A DNA stretch of 64,000 nucleotides from Ascidiella aspersa. Its lineage: Eukaryota. The stretch is taken from NCBI GenBank assembly GCA_963924565.1, contig OZ004614.1:23808001-23872000 (forward strand). Direction: 5' to 3'. Position numbers and translations under genes: made by a program. Positions 62,954 through 64,000 of this stretch are shown here, piece by piece. The notes beneath the pieces are model-generated. The model worked only from the letters and a program-made list of their open reading frames with translations. It was not told the DNA's origin and did not search any database. Each line of letters begins with the position of its first letter. Positions within the stretch are counted from its first letter, which is position 1.

Positions 62954-64000
62954 CTGTTCGCAGAGATGTGTAAAATTATCACAGAGTTAAACTGTAAAAT
63001 TAAAAAGACGGAGCCAAAATGTAAAACTAAGAGACTCGCCTATTGGCATATTGGCATATCGATGCCTATCCAATGCCTGATCAATATAAGAGTTTTACCA
63101 GCCATGGTTGAGAGTTGGGTTTTGAAAAGTATTTGGAAAATCCTATGCCGAACATTTAGAGGAAAATTAAAGCAAATCTAACCCTTACCGATCAAACAGT
63201 GTGGCCAGAAACCCCTCAACAACCACGCCTTAAACTTGTAAAACCAACAGTGTTTACTAACTGTTGAACATTATGGTTGAAGTGGAAGGTTATAGTTAGA
63301 CGTAGTGATTTTTTGAAAAAAAATCAGGGTTTGGTTTGGAAAAGTCTTTGGAAAAAACATGTTTTTTTTTTCCAAAAGTCTCTGAATGTTAACCATGGCA
63401 TTTAAATTGATTAGTTTTCGAAATATATTCAAACCACTTTAAGCCATCCGGTTTGAAGTCCTATACACGACTTTCTCAGTAATTTTAAAATAAATGCCAA
63501 AGCCTTAATTTTCGATAAAATCGACATCTTGTTGTTTTCAAACGTTTCGGCAATACCTCGTGCTATGATTCAGTGTAAAACAGTAAACGGTCGAATTTAT
63601 GTGTATAACAAACATGTGTACTAATGCAACTATAGAATTGCAACAAAGTCTTCGATTCCATAAAAGTATTTTAATTGATTCAAGTATAGAACAGTCTTTC
63701 CTAAACCCTATGTTTTTTAAAAAATACTTTAGATTTATTTTATGCCCAGCTTAAGGTACCATTAATTTTAGGGTACTATTGCAATTGTGTTGACGATGTC
63801 ATCTATTCTGCCTTGATTTTGAGTTGTATTTGAAAAATGTAGAACGATCCAAATTTAAGTCTTTATAAACCTATAAGTTTTCTTTAAATGTAAAATGAAA
63901 TAATCTTCAATACAAAATCAGTTGCCCAAATAACTGATAAAAGATTCATGCAAATGTTAGATAAAAGTATGAATCTTTTATCTATTATTTGGGCCACTCT

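Noticed and set aside
63535-63580. Minus-strand CTGAATCA..TGCCGAAACGTT
   Set aside because: Possibly an old remnant, but the core is too degenerate to call

Overview
AT-rich, intron-rich eukaryotic DNA. It is most likely an invertebrate chordate such as an ascidian; this is inferred from gene content, not proven. Genes, left to right: a KCTD8/12/16-like gene (minus, 3' end lost toward the N gap); an insect-type AANAT-like GNAT acetyltransferase (minus) whose conserved C-terminus lies in the -1 frame behind a G_GGA_AAA heptamer; a candidate orphan 3-exon gene; a spliced transcript with a 17-aa basic sORF; a head-to-head pair of 11-exon SLC5A5/8/12-like Na+/solute symporters; a multi-exon FANCF-like gene (plus); and two tandem fibrinogen-chain-like genes (minus; gamma-like and beta-like, with CPxxC motif, coiled coil and FReD). 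Non-coding DNA is full of hAT-type MITEs with 8-bp TSDs and a tRNA-headed SINE. The most unexpected signal is at least eight minimal type-I hammerhead ribozyme motifs of the Penelope-like-element type, from several families, several of them inside 160-250 bp palindromic insertions. All exon models, alignments and RNA folds were made by eye.
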